Assembly (NCBI GenBank): GCA_963663025.1
Contig: OY760073.1
Span: forward strand, 1,897,354-1,961,353
DNA: 64,000 nucleotides
Direction: 5' to 3'
Origin: Dehalococcoidia bacterium
Lineage (GTDB): Bacteria > Chloroflexota > Dehalococcoidia > Lucifugimonadales > JAGWBF01
Shown here in pieces: positions 1-9,279 of the stretch (position 1 is the stretch's first letter; each line of letters begins with the position of its first letter). A model generated the notes under the pieces. The model did no database searches, was not told where the DNA came from, and saw only the letters and a list, made by a program, of their open reading frames with translations. A program made the translations under genes and the position numbers.

Positions 1-2
1 GC

Positions 3-149
3 AGCGTGCCCAAGACGGTGCTGGGCAACATCGGCCCCATGTCGGGCATTGCTCCGCCCATCCAGTTCGTGGGAGCGGTAACCGAGGCCCAGTTCGTCGA
101 GAAGGTGCTGGAAGAAGGGATGGAAGAACCCGAAGGCGGCACAAAATAG
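3..149 (+). CDS. 3' end of unidentified upstream CDS (partial at window edge)
   Basis: Frame open from base 3 to TAG 147-149 (...GPMSGIAPPIQFVGAVTEAQFVEKVLEEGMEEPEGGTK*), GC-rich third positions; no family recognised. Confidence 0.35.
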   Translation, partial: SVPKTVLGNIGPMSGIAPPIQFVGAVTEAQFVEKVLEEGMEEPEGGTK

Positions 150-173
150 CCTGATGGCAAGCGCGGGGTACAA

Positions 174-656
174 TTGGCACAGGAGATAACGGGAGACCTA
201 CAGGGCAAGGGACTGAAGGTAGCCATCGTGGTTGCCCGGTTCAACGATTACGTAACCACTACGATGCTGCGGGGGGCCGTGGACGGGTTATCCAGGCACG
301 GGGTGGGAGATGACGATATCCTGGTTGCCTGGGTACCCGGGGCCTTCGAGCTTCCATCCTGCGCCAAGACCCTGGCGGAGACGGGCCGTCACGATGCTGT
401 CATCTGCCTGGGGGCGGTGATACGGGGAGAGACGTCCCACCACGACCTGGTAGCCAGCCAGGCAGCCTCGGGCATTAACAGGGCTTCCCTGGACACCGGC
501 GTGCCGGTGATCTTCGGGGTGCTGTCGGCGGAGAATATCGACCAAGCCATCAACCGGGCGGGAGGCAAGCAGGGGAACGTGGGCTACAGCTCCGCCGCGG
601 CAGCCATAGAGATGGCCCGCCTCAACCAAGCCATCAAGGGCCTCGGCAGCGCCTAG
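174..656 (+). CDS. ribH: 6,7-dimethyl-8-ribityllumazine synthase
   Basis: 160 aa, TTG start; KVAIVVARFNDYVT, WVPGAFELP, GVPVIFGVL blocks typical of RibH. Confidence 0.9.
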   Translation: MAQEITGDLQGKGLKVAIVVARFNDYVTTTMLRGAVDGLSRHGVGDDDILVAWVPGAFELPSCAKTLAETGRHDAVICLGAVIRGETSHHDLVASQAASGINRASLDTGVPVIFGVLSAENIDQAINRAGGKQGNVGYSSAAAAIEMARLNQAIKGLGSA

Positions 657-739
657 CCCCGGGATGTACGGTTCCTCCCTTATGACCAGCCGGGCTCCCT
701 CTGCCCGGCCTTTCTTTACTTTGCTGAGCAGGAGGCATC

Positions 740-1582
740 ATGACCGCTGTCGATAGGCTGATGGAAGGGGCGGTGGATATCCACGTCCACTTTGCTCCCG
801 ACCCCAGGATGGAACGCCGGGCCGGCGCCCTTGAGATCGCCAAGAGCGCCCAGGCCGCAGGTATGCGGGGCATAGTCCTCAACAGCCACGAATACCCAGC
901 CCACCCCGTCGCCTACACCGTGGCCCAGATGGTACCCGGCCTCGCCGTCATCGGCGGTATCACGCTGAACCTGGAGGTCGGAGGCCTGAACCCCACGGCG
1001 GTGGAAGCGACCGCTGACATGGGAGGCCGGGTGGTGTCGATGCCCACCCATTCAGCCGAGGTTGACCGGAAGCGCCGGGGGCTGGAAGGGGGGATCAACC
1101 TGCTGGACTCATCGGGCCGGCTGCTGCCAGAGGTGTACTCCATCCTCGAGACCATCAAGCTCCACGACATGGTGCTGGCAACAGGACACCTCTCAACCAG
1201 GGAGAGCATGTCGCTGGTGGATGAGGCCCGGGACCTTGGCATAAATCGTATCGTCATCTCCAACGGCTCCACCATGTCATTCCTTACGGGAATGACCATA
1301 GAGGACATGAAGGCCCTGGCCGCCAAAGGGGCTTACGTCGAGCACAGCGTCCACGCCATGATGCCTCTGACTTACAGGCAGAACCCTGGACAGCTGCTGG
1401 AGAGTGTGCGAGCCATTGGGCCTGAGCATTGCATCATCAGCTCCGACTTCGGGCAGGACTTTCATCCCATGCCGGCCGAGGGCCTGCGGATGGGAGTCGC
1501 CACGCTGCTGAAGGTGGGCTTGGAAGAGGTGGAGGCGGGCATCATGGTGAGGGAGAACCCCTCCCGCCTGCTGGGGCTGTAA
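740..1582 (+). CDS. amidohydrolase-superfamily (TIM-barrel, metal-dependent) hydrolase
   Basis: 280 aa, ATG preceded by AGGAGG; N-terminal VDIHVHF (HxH metal motif) and overall amidohydrolase-like pattern. Confidence 0.6.
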   Translation: MTAVDRLMEGAVDIHVHFAPDPRMERRAGALEIAKSAQAAGMRGIVLNSHEYPAHPVAYTVAQMVPGLAVIGGITLNLEVGGLNPTAVEATADMGGRVVSMPTHSAEVDRKRRGLEGGINLLDSSGRLLPEVYSILETIKLHDMVLATGHLSTRESMSLVDEARDLGINRIVISNGSTMSFLTGMTIEDMKALAAKGAYVEHSVHAMMPLTYRQNPGQLLESVRAIGPEHCIISSDFGQDFHPMPAEGLRMGVATLLKVGLEEVEAGIMVRENPSRLLGL

Positions 1583-1641
1583 GAGAAGCGGCTCACCCAC
1601 CATATCCACTGGGGACCTTAACAGGTCCCACTACGGGCCTT

Positions 1642-1845
1642 TTAGGAACGCGCTCCCCAGGAAGAGTAACGCCGAATGGCAGGGTCCGGGCGCGATATCG
1701 CCAGCTTCAACCAACGAGCTATCACAGCCTTGGCCGCCCGCGCTGACAGCCTCCCCAGGACCTTAATCATGAGGGATATGCCGAAGAGAGCTGCCCAGCC
1801 GGCAATGGCTACCAGGGCGAAGAAACTCTCCGCTCCCTGGGTCAT
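1642..1845 (-). CDS. hypothetical small membrane protein
   Basis: ATG at 1845 (MTQGAESFFALVAIAGWAALFGISLMI...), one hydrophobic helix; frame stays open up to 1950, directly after an in-frame TGA. Confidence 0.3.
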   Translation of the reverse strand: MTQGAESFFALVAIAGWAALFGISLMIKVLGRLSARAAKAVIARWLKLAISRPDPAIRRYSSWGARS

Positions 1846-1950
1846 ATTTCCCGACTCCACCTGGGCAAGGGGGTGAAAGTTCAGGCTGGTGCGATGATCA
1901 CGATAGTTGGCGTCGGGGACCCATTGTCCAAACTCAGCAGTGGGCGCCAA

Positions 1951-2226
1951 TCAGGATCGGGTCTTCCAAGTCTGGGTATCCTCGGCCACTTCGATCTGCT
2001 GTATAACAGCATCCTGGGAGGCGGTCTGGGTCACCGCCCTCCTGAAAGTAAGCCTTCGGAATCCCCATCGCAGCAATCTGAAAGTCGCCACTCCAAGTAT
2101 CACGAAAATGGATAACAAGGCCGTGATTGGGTCCGACGTGGAACCCTGGCGGATCCTGTTGGCGCGGTATTCCCTTTCGTGCTTGTGAATCTCCGGCGGT
2201 AGAGGGGGCCCGGAAGGAATGTACAT
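1951..2226 (-). CDS. hypothetical small membrane protein
   Basis: 91 aa, GGAGG just upstream of ATG 2226, one hydrophobic helix (ITALLSIFVILGVATF). Confidence 0.35.
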   Translation of the reverse strand: MYIPSGPPLPPEIHKHEREYRANRIRQGSTSDPITALLSIFVILGVATFRLLRWGFRRLTFRRAVTQTASQDAVIQQIEVAEDTQTWKTRS

Positions 2227-2238
2227 GCTCCTCCTTTC

Positions 2239-3711
2239 TCAGGGAAGCGTGCGGTTTTGGCCCATTATATCAGAGCCGTCCGGCTCGAACCTGATGGCGC
2301 AAACGCGAGAGGAGTCCTGCCTCACCCTGGCCCACTGGGCGGGCCTGTAGCCCACAACCCACGCGATGTCCGACTCGCCTACGACGAGGGGAATCCTGTC
2401 TCGCCAATGCCGGGGCACCTTCTGGTCCACGAGGAAGTCCTGTAGCTTGCCTGTCCCGTCGCTACCCAGGGGCTGGAAGCGGTCCCCGGGCCTGCGGGCC
2501 CTTACCTTCAGATGTCCAGCTACAGCTTGGGCATCCAGGTGGGCCTCAAAAGGGTCGCTGGGAAGGGGTCTGCCCGCCGGCACTTCGGCAAGGATCACCC
2601 TCCAGCCCGGTATATGGGTGACAGACGGGCTTCCTGGTGTCGGCAGGGTCAGCGAGTGGCTCCCTGTCATTTCAGGAAAGGGGCAGAGAGCTTCCGGGTC
2701 CTTGCCGATAACCAGGCTGTCATAGCTCCTCACCAGTCGAAGGCCCTTGGGCAGGTTGGTCGTGGACACGGAAGAGCTGCCAAGCATTCGCACCATGGCC
2801 AGGATGTGGGCTTCTCCCAGACGTCGGCGGCTGCCTGAAGCTTCCTCATAGGCCTTGGCCAGAACCAGACGCTGCATGAAGGGATGCAACGTCCTTAGGG
2901 AAGGCACGTCCAGTACCACCCGGCCGTCCTGCACCTCTGCCAGGGACGCCCATGCCTCGGCCAGCTCCTGCTCCAGGTAATCGGCCTCCAGGGTAGCTAT
3001 GCGAGACAGCCGGACGAGGGCGCCCTTGATGTTGGGGTTGTACTCTTCCAGCGCGGGAAGGAGGTGGTGGCGCACCCGGTTCCGCGTAAAGCGCATCAGC
3101 ACGTTGCCGGTGTCCTTACGGCAGGTGATGTTCTTCTCGACGCAATACTGGAGGGCTTCCTCTTTGGAGATTCCCAGCATTGGGCGGAAGAGCGTGGCGC
3201 GCTTATCGCCCTCTCGGCTTCTCCAATCGGAGAGCTCCACCATGCCCCTTAGGCCCCGCGTCCCACTGCCCCTCATAATGCGCATAAGGACGGTTTCTGC
3301 AAGGTCGTCGAGGGTATGCCCCAGGGCGACTATGCCAAGGCCGGTGGCTTCCGCCACCTCGCCCAGGAAGGAGTAACGTACCTCCCTGGCAGCTTCTTCA
3401 AAGGAGGACACGCCAGCCTTCCTCTGATAGTCCGCCGGGTCAGCCTTGCCGATGGTGGAAGGCAAGCCGAGGCTGCTGGCAACCTGGGCGACGAACCTGG
3501 CATCCACCTTGGCTTCATCGCCCCTGAAATCATGGTCGAGATGAGCGACATGGAGGTCCAGGTTGGCCTGCTCCTTCAAGGCAACCAAGGCATGGAGGAG
3601 GGACATGGAGTCGGGACCGCCGGACACCGCCACCACCATGCCGGTGTTTCCCGATGGACACCCCAACCCGTGGAGGGAAGCCAGGACTTGGGCCTCGAGA
3701 TTGTACATCAC
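2239..3711 (-). CDS. tilS: tRNA(Ile)-lysidine synthase
   Basis: 490 aa; PP-loop VAVSGGPDSMSLL, HLDHDFRG block, C-terminal TilS substrate-binding region. Confidence 0.9.
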   Translation of the reverse strand: MMYNLEAQVLASLHGLGCPSGNTGMVVAVSGGPDSMSLLHALVALKEQANLDLHVAHLDHDFRGDEAKVDARFVAQVASSLGLPSTIGKADPADYQRKAGVSSFEEAAREVRYSFLGEVAEATGLGIVALGHTLDDLAETVLMRIMRGSGTRGLRGMVELSDWRSREGDKRATLFRPMLGISKEEALQYCVEKNITCRKDTGNVLMRFTRNRVRHHLLPALEEYNPNIKGALVRLSRIATLEADYLEQELAEAWASLAEVQDGRVVLDVPSLRTLHPFMQRLVLAKAYEEASGSRRRLGEAHILAMVRMLGSSSVSTTNLPKGLRLVRSYDSLVIGKDPEALCPFPEMTGSHSLTLPTPGSPSVTHIPGWRVILAEVPAGRPLPSDPFEAHLDAQAVAGHLKVRARRPGDRFQPLGSDGTGKLQDFLVDQKVPRHWRDRIPLVVGESDIAWVVGYRPAQWARVRQDSSRVCAIRFEPDGSDIMGQNRTLP

Positions 3712-3714
3712 AGC

Positions 3715-4332
3715 CTACTTAGGCCGGACGGAGTCCAGATGGCACCGCTCGTTGATGGTCAGGACCTGGGGTGACCCAGCAGAGAAGGAAACAACACTAA
3801 TGGAAGCAAGGTCCACCCTGAGCCGGTGGAACATGGACAAGGGCAAGCCGAGGCAAGCGCAGAGGATGGACCTGATGGCAAAGTTGTGAGATACGGCCAC
3901 CACCGTACCTTCAGCGTGGGCGTCCTCCATCTCTTCTATGGCACGCCAAGCCCTGGTCTGCAGTTGGCGTATGGATTCGCCCTGGGGGAATACGACGTCT
4001 GAGGGGTCCTCACGCCAGGATGCGTACAGCTCTGCATACTTGGAGCGCATCATCTTCCCGGTTATGCCTTCCAACGCGCCCAGGTTGACCTCTTTCAGCC
4101 CTTCCCTAGGCTCTACGGGGAGACCGATAGACTTGGAGACCATCGATGCTGTCATGAGGGTCCGGGGCAGGGGACTTGAGTACAGGGAGGTCGGTTTCCA
4201 GGAGACCAGGGCGCCAGCGACATGCCGGGCCTGTTCCATGCCCCTGTCGTTAAGTTCGACCTGGCTCTGGCCTTGAAACCGGCCTTCCCGGTTCCACTTG
4301 GTTTCCCCGTGCCTTACCAGTATCAAGCGCAC
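3715..4332 (-). CDS. histidine phosphatase family protein (phosphoglycerate mutase-like)
   Basis: RLILVRHGETKWN (RHG catalytic motif), SHNFAIR block. ORF is open to 4458 but that overlaps the upstream gene; GTG at 4332 gives the family-typical M-R-L-I-L-V-R-H-G start. Start uncertain. Confidence 0.8.
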   Translation of the reverse strand: MRLILVRHGETKWNREGRFQGQSQVELNDRGMEQARHVAGALVSWKPTSLYSSPLPRTLMTASMVSKSIGLPVEPREGLKEVNLGALEGITGKMMRSKYAELYASWREDPSDVVFPQGESIRQLQTRAWRAIEEMEDAHAEGTVVAVSHNFAIRSILCACLGLPLSMFHRLRVDLASISVVSFSAGSPQVLTINERCHLDSVRPK

Positions 4333-4367
4333 TGCTGCGGCATGCTCCTTCCGGGGAAGCCAGGGGA

Positions 4368-5033
4368 TCAGATGCCCCGTCTGCTCTTCACATACAACAG
4401 GATTCCAGCGCCGATAACGAGCAAGGCGCCACCCACGATGAGGGGTATGATCCACCACAAGGCCGATATGGCGCTGGCGGGCGTGTCTTCGATAGTGAAA
4501 GTGGACTCCGAGCTGCTGGTTTCCTGGGCTGTGCTGAAGTTCACCGTCGCCGTGTAATCTCCGCCGAGATCAGGAGGATAGTAGACAATGGAGTAACTTA
4601 TCTTGCCCCCGCTGTAGCTCATAGCCGAACCGCTGCCACCCGGAGAGACACCATCGTGGGTCACGGTCAGCCAGGCGCTTCCCACTGAGTAGGGGTCTAC
4701 ACCTTCGGGAGGTCCCCCCGTAATGTAGTCTCCCTTCCCCGTGGGCAAGTTGATGATGATACCCGTGAACCCGGACTCCCCTTCTGCCTGTCTTACCTCG
4801 AAGGTGGCAGATACGAACACTTCCTCTCTGCCTTCCAGGTCCACCTCTACATCGATAGTCACTTCATCTCCCTGGGCAAACATGGTCTGGCTGGCATCAC
4901 CACTCTTGGATGCCGTTACGTCCACCGACAGTCCCAGGGCTTGGTCGGGACGCAGCAGGAGGAGGGCTATAACGAAACAGGCAGCCAGCGATGCGTAAAT
5001 GGGAAGATATCTTGCCTGCTTCAGTTGAGTCAT
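4368..5033 (-). CDS. secreted surface protein with C-terminal transmembrane anchor
   Basis: ATG 5033 preceded by AAGGAG; N-terminal signal-like segment (YLPIYASLAACFVIALLLL...ALG); C-terminal helix WWIIPLIVGGALLVIGAGILLY followed by KSRRG. Confidence 0.6.
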   Translation of the reverse strand: MTQLKQARYLPIYASLAACFVIALLLLRPDQALGLSVDVTASKSGDASQTMFAQGDEVTIDVEVDLEGREEVFVSATFEVRQAEGESGFTGIIINLPTGKGDYITGGPPEGVDPYSVGSAWLTVTHDGVSPGGSGSAMSYSGGKISYSIVYYPPDLGGDYTATVNFSTAQETSSSESTFTIEDTPASAISALWWIIPLIVGGALLVIGAGILLYVKSRRGI

Positions 5034-5180
5034 CTGGTTTCTCCTTGGTTGAGGGAACGCTGGTAGGAGAGCCTCGGGGCAGACCGCCAAGGTGTAACTA
5101 ACTGCTGAACATATCATCTAGGCCAAAGCCAAGTCAATAAATGCCGCATCGATATTGTGAGACCTCAGTCTCTCTTTGTC

Positions 5181-5209
5181 TTGACAGTCAAAATGCCCTT
5201 TGCTAGCAT
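5181..5209 (+). promoter_or_regulatory. sigma70-like promoter of the hopanoid cluster
   Basis: TTGACA (5181-5186) - 17 nt - TAGCAT (5204-5209) in the AT-richer gap upstream of the polyprenyl synthase. Confidence 0.5.
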
Positions 5210-5263
5210 TTCGGAGCATCGGATTACGATGTACACCGCCTTTTCTGAATTAACGTTGTCGCA

Positions 5264-6370
5264 GTGGAACGGATAGCCAAGACTCAACCTACTGACCAGG
5301 GGGCCGGTCCGGCCCCCGTCCCACCTATGTTCTCTCGCTATCAAGCCCACATCCTTTCGGGCCTCAAGCATGCCGTTCCTGGCAATAGTCTTCCAACCGA
5401 TGAAGATGATGCATCCGTTGAGCTTTACCGGATGATGGCTTACCACATGGGCTGGATGGACGCCTCCGGTCAGGTTGCGGATAACTCCGCGACCCAGGGG
5501 AAGGCCCTCCGGCCCACGCTGTGCATGTTTGCCTGCGAGTCCCTGGGGGGCGACTGCTCCCGGGCTGTGCCGGTGGCATCGGCGCTGGAGCTCATTCACA
5601 ACTTCTCCCTGGTGCACGATGACATTCAGGACGGCGACGTGGAGCGTCGCCACCAGCCCACGGTGTGGTGCCTGTGGGGCCAGCCCAAGGCTCTCACAGC
5701 AGGCAATGCCCTTCGATCGGCAGCCGACATTTCCCCCCTGCGTTTGACGGCGCAGGGTGTGCCCCCAGCCAAGGCCCTGAAAGCATCCCGGATTCTCACC
5801 GAAGGCTGCCTGTCCATGATCCAGGGCCAGTGCATGGACCTCTCATTCGAAGGACGCCTTGACATTGGCTCGGGCGACTACCTGGACATGGTTTCGAAGA
5901 AGACCGGGGCGCTGATCCGATGCGGGACCGAGATGGGCGCCCTCATCGGCTGCGACGATGACTCCAGCACCGAGATCTACGCCAGCGCCGGGGCACACCT
6001 GGGAATAGCATTTCAGGTGCGGGATGACGTGCTCGGCATTTGGGGCGACTCTGAGGTTACCGGGAAGGCTTCCGGTAACGACATCCGTCGCCGAAAGAAG
6101 TCCTTCCCGATCGTCTACGCGCTGGAAACGGCAACCGGCGTTCCCCGCCAGCGCCTGCTGGAAGCCTACGGTAAAGACACCCCAGATGAAGGGGATGTGG
6201 AAGATGTGCTGACCGTCCTCGGCGATGTGGGCGCTGAGGCCCACGCCCACCGGATGGCGGTTGACCAGGGTGAGTTGGCGTCGGGAGAGCTGAAGAAGAT
6301 ACCAGTGGAGCCCTGGGCACAAGCCGAGTTTGATGATCTAGTGCATTTCTTGACCACCAGGCAGAGCTAG
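5264..6370 (+). CDS. polyprenyl diphosphate synthase (FPP/GGPP synthase family)
   Basis: First and second Asp-rich motifs LVHDDIQDGD and FQVRDDVLG; start may be ATG 5327 rather than GTG 5264. Confidence 0.85.
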   Translation: MERIAKTQPTDQGAGPAPVPPMFSRYQAHILSGLKHAVPGNSLPTDEDDASVELYRMMAYHMGWMDASGQVADNSATQGKALRPTLCMFACESLGGDCSRAVPVASALELIHNFSLVHDDIQDGDVERRHQPTVWCLWGQPKALTAGNALRSAADISPLRLTAQGVPPAKALKASRILTEGCLSMIQGQCMDLSFEGRLDIGSGDYLDMVSKKTGALIRCGTEMGALIGCDDDSSTEIYASAGAHLGIAFQVRDDVLGIWGDSEVTGKASGNDIRRRKKSFPIVYALETATGVPRQRLLEAYGKDTPDEGDVEDVLTVLGDVGAEAHAHRMAVDQGELASGELKKIPVEPWAQAEFDDLVHFLTTRQS

Positions 6371-6392
6371 ACGAGAAGCAAAGGGTGGTCAG

Positions 6393-7457
6393 ATGTTGAG
6401 GCAACGAAAGGCAGACATGAAAACTTCCAAGAGACCCATGGAACTATCCCTCCGGCTGGCTGCGTACATGTTGAAGAACAAATTGACGCGCAGGAAGCGT
6501 TATCCGCTGGTCACCATGCTGGAGCCGTTGGAGATGTGCAACCTGGCCTGCATCGGGTGTGGACGCATCCACGAGTACAAGCCAGTAATGGACAAGATGA
6601 TGCCCGTGGAGGAAGCGGTCGCAGCGGTGGAAGCATCGGGGGCGCCCATCGTCTCCATAGCCGGTGGGGAGCCCACCATTCATCCGAAGATAGACCAGAT
6701 CATAAACGAGCTGGTACGGCGCAAGTACTTCGTCTACTGCTGTACGAACGGAATACTCCTGGAGCGAGTCCTGAAGAAGGTCCCCCCATCCAAGTACCTG
6801 TCCTGGGTGGTCCACATGGACGGCATGGAGCAGCGCCACGATGAGGCTGTCGCAAGGGAGGGCGTGTACAAGAAGGCGAAGAAGGCCATAGAGACCGCCC
6901 TGGAAGGCGGATACAGGGTCTGCACCAACACAACCATCTTCCGGGGATGCGACGTCGAAGACCTTCACACCCTCTTCCGCACCATGACCGACATGGGGGT
7001 GGAGGGCTGCATGGTCTCCCCCGGATACGACTACATCGATGCTCCCGATCACGACCTGTTCCTAACCAGGGAGGAGTCCAAGCGGGAGTTCGGCAAGATC
7101 CTCGATGAGCGTTCCACGAAGGGGATGCGCCTGTACAACAACCCTTTGTACCTGGACTTCCTGCGGGGTCGCAGGGAGTACCAATGCACCGCCTACTCTA
7201 ATCCGACCTACACAGTAATGGGATGGCGCAAGCCCTGCTATCCCCTTGCTGACGAGCATGTAACCGACGTGAACGAGCTGTTCGAAGAGTCGCTGTGGGA
7301 TAACTACGGAGTCGGTAAAGACCCAAGGTGCTCGGGGTGCATGATGCACTGCGGCTTCGAGTCAGCCACTGTCTTTAATGCCATTTCCAGCCCCAGGGAC
7401 TGGGTGACCCTGGTGAAGTCAGGGGCCATAGGGAAGAGCGGTATCACCGCCAGCTAA
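6393..7457 (+). CDS. hpnH: adenosyl-hopene transferase (radical SAM)
   Basis: 354 aa; KRYPLVTMLEPLEMCNLACIGCG radical-SAM CxxxCxxC in the HpnH-typical N-terminal context; located in hpn cluster. Confidence 0.9.
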   Translation: MLRQRKADMKTSKRPMELSLRLAAYMLKNKLTRRKRYPLVTMLEPLEMCNLACIGCGRIHEYKPVMDKMMPVEEAVAAVEASGAPIVSIAGGEPTIHPKIDQIINELVRRKYFVYCCTNGILLERVLKKVPPSKYLSWVVHMDGMEQRHDEAVAREGVYKKAKKAIETALEGGYRVCTNTTIFRGCDVEDLHTLFRTMTDMGVEGCMVSPGYDYIDAPDHDLFLTREESKREFGKILDERSTKGMRLYNNPLYLDFLRGRREYQCTAYSNPTYTVMGWRKPCYPLADEHVTDVNELFEESLWDNYGVGKDPRCSGCMMHCGFESATVFNAISSPRDWVTLVKSGAIGKSGITAS

Positions 7458-7494
7458 GTCTATAGCAAGGCCCCAGAGAGGAAGGCTGAAGCTT

Positions 7495-8220
7495 TTGATA
7501 GCAGTCCTGGCATCCATGAAACGCGAGATTTCGGCGGTCGCCAAGCTCCGCTCGGTGGAGAACTATCCGGGAGGAGTCCGATTTGTGATCACCGGCGTCG
7601 GGCGGGAAAAGGTCGAAGCGTCCCTTGACGCCATGGATGAATGGGAGGAAAAGCCGTCCGGGATCCTATCCCTGGGCTATGCCGCTGCCCTGGAAGAAGG
7701 GCTCGAGCCGGGGGACCTGGTTATCGGCGACGCACTGTGGGCGACGGGAGAGGAGGCTTGCCTCCAGGCCGACCCGGACCTTCTGGCCCAGGTAAGGCGA
7801 GTGACGGAAGGGGTACAGCCCGGTCGCTGCCGCATCGCCAGCTCCGTAACCCTGCACGGCATCGCAACGAACCGCGCCGAAAAGCGCTTGATGGCGGCCA
7901 TGACATCTGCCTCCATCGCCAACATGGAGGACTACTGGGTAGCCAGGTGGGCATTCGATCGGGGCATACCCTACGTCAGCGTGCGCTCGGTGCTGGACAC
8001 CGTGTCCCAAGAGGTACCGGAGTTCATCTCCAAGCTGGCTGGGTTGAAGCTGCCCATCCAAATAATGGGCGTTGCCATACAGGGCATCGTGCGCCCCGAA
8101 AAGCTCGAGTCGCTGCTACGGCTGTTCAAGGAAGACCGGGTGGCCCGAAGGAGCCTGAAGGAGTTCGGCGCCATCTTCTTGTCGGGGAGCTTCGGCGCCC
8201 AGAGCTATGCTGCTACCTAG
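7495..8220 (+). CDS. hpnG: hopanoid-associated phosphorylase/nucleosidase
   Basis: 241 aa, TTG start; PNP/UDP-phosphorylase-like pattern, position between hpnH and hpnA. Confidence 0.65.
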   Translation: MIAVLASMKREISAVAKLRSVENYPGGVRFVITGVGREKVEASLDAMDEWEEKPSGILSLGYAAALEEGLEPGDLVIGDALWATGEEACLQADPDLLAQVRRVTEGVQPGRCRIASSVTLHGIATNRAEKRLMAAMTSASIANMEDYWVARWAFDRGIPYVSVRSVLDTVSQEVPEFISKLAGLKLPIQIMGVAIQGIVRPEKLESLLRLFKEDRVARRSLKEFGAIFLSGSFGAQSYAAT

Positions 8221-8258
8221 AATGACTGGTCCACTCGGACTTGGGAGGTGTTACGGGG

Positions 8259-9242
8259 ATGGTGGTCCTGGTAACGGGAGCTTCCGGATTCATCGGCGCA
8301 AATGTGGCACGCAGCTTCCTGGAACGTGGCTACCAGGTAAGGGCGCTGGTGAGGAAGGAGAGCAACACCCTTGCCCTCCAGGGAACGAGCATCGAGCTGG
8401 CATATGGTGACCTGCTCGACCGGGACTCGGTTGCTCGGGCTCTCCAGGGCTGTGAAGCCCTCATCCACTGTGCGGCGCTCTACACCTTCTGGGCCCGAGA
8501 CCCTGCTCCCATTTATGAGGCAAATGTCGGTGGGACGAGGTTGGTGTTGGAAGAAGGAATGAAGGCCGGAGTGGAAAAGTGCGTCTATACCAGCACCGTC
8601 TCCACGATTCACGCACCTGCGGACAGGCCCGGCGTCGAGGATGACTGGCCGGCGGAAGACGAGATGATAGGACACTACAAGAGGTCCAAGCACCGCGCGG
8701 AGGTGGTTGCGCGCAGGATCGGCGACGAGGGACTTCCCGTCGTGATTGTGAACCCCACGGCTCCCGTGGGTCCCTGGGATGTAAAACCCACGCCTACCGG
8801 GCGCATAGTGCTGGACTTCATTCGCCGGCGGGTGCCTGCCTGCATCGATACAGGAATGAACGTAGTCGATGTGGAAGATGTGGCCCTTGGCCATGTCCTT
8901 GCATTGGAGAAGGGGGCTCCGGGAGAAAGATACATCCTCGGGAATGCCAACCTGACCCTCAGGCAGATGTTCGGGATGTTGGAGGATGTATCGGGGGTCC
9001 CTGCCCCACGCTGGGATCTACCCATGTGGGTGGCTGTGGGCGCAGCGTACGTGGACAACTTCATCGAAGGCGGCCTGATGAGAAGGGAACCGGCTATTCC
9101 CCTGGAAGGGGTGAACGTGGCCCGTAAGCCGGTCTATGTGAAATGTGACAAGGCATCCCAGGAGCTGGGAATGCCGCAGAGGCCCGTAGGGGAAGCCTTG
9201 GAGAAAGCGGTGGGCTGGTTCAGGGCCCACAGTTACGCCTGA
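8259..9242 (+). CDS. hpnA: hopanoid-associated NAD-dependent sugar epimerase
   Basis: VLVTGASGFIGANVARSFLERGYQVRALVR Rossmann motif, YxxxK (YKRSK); GGAGG 10 nt upstream of ATG 8259; ORF open from TTG 8241. Confidence 0.75.
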   Translation: MVVLVTGASGFIGANVARSFLERGYQVRALVRKESNTLALQGTSIELAYGDLLDRDSVARALQGCEALIHCAALYTFWARDPAPIYEANVGGTRLVLEEGMKAGVEKCVYTSTVSTIHAPADRPGVEDDWPAEDEMIGHYKRSKHRAEVVARRIGDEGLPVVIVNPTAPVGPWDVKPTPTGRIVLDFIRRRVPACIDTGMNVVDVEDVALGHVLALEKGAPGERYILGNANLTLRQMFGMLEDVSGVPAPRWDLPMWVAVGAAYVDNFIEGGLMRREPAIPLEGVNVARKPVYVKCDKASQELGMPQRPVGEALEKAVGWFRAHSYA

Positions 9243-9279
9243 GGTCGAATTGGACCTTAGTTCCGGGGAAAGGACGAGT

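Noticed and set aside
1951-1953. In-frame TGA as selenocysteine
   Set aside because: No SECIS-like hairpin is apparent just downstream, and the context (a small membrane protein with no redox motif) gives no support.
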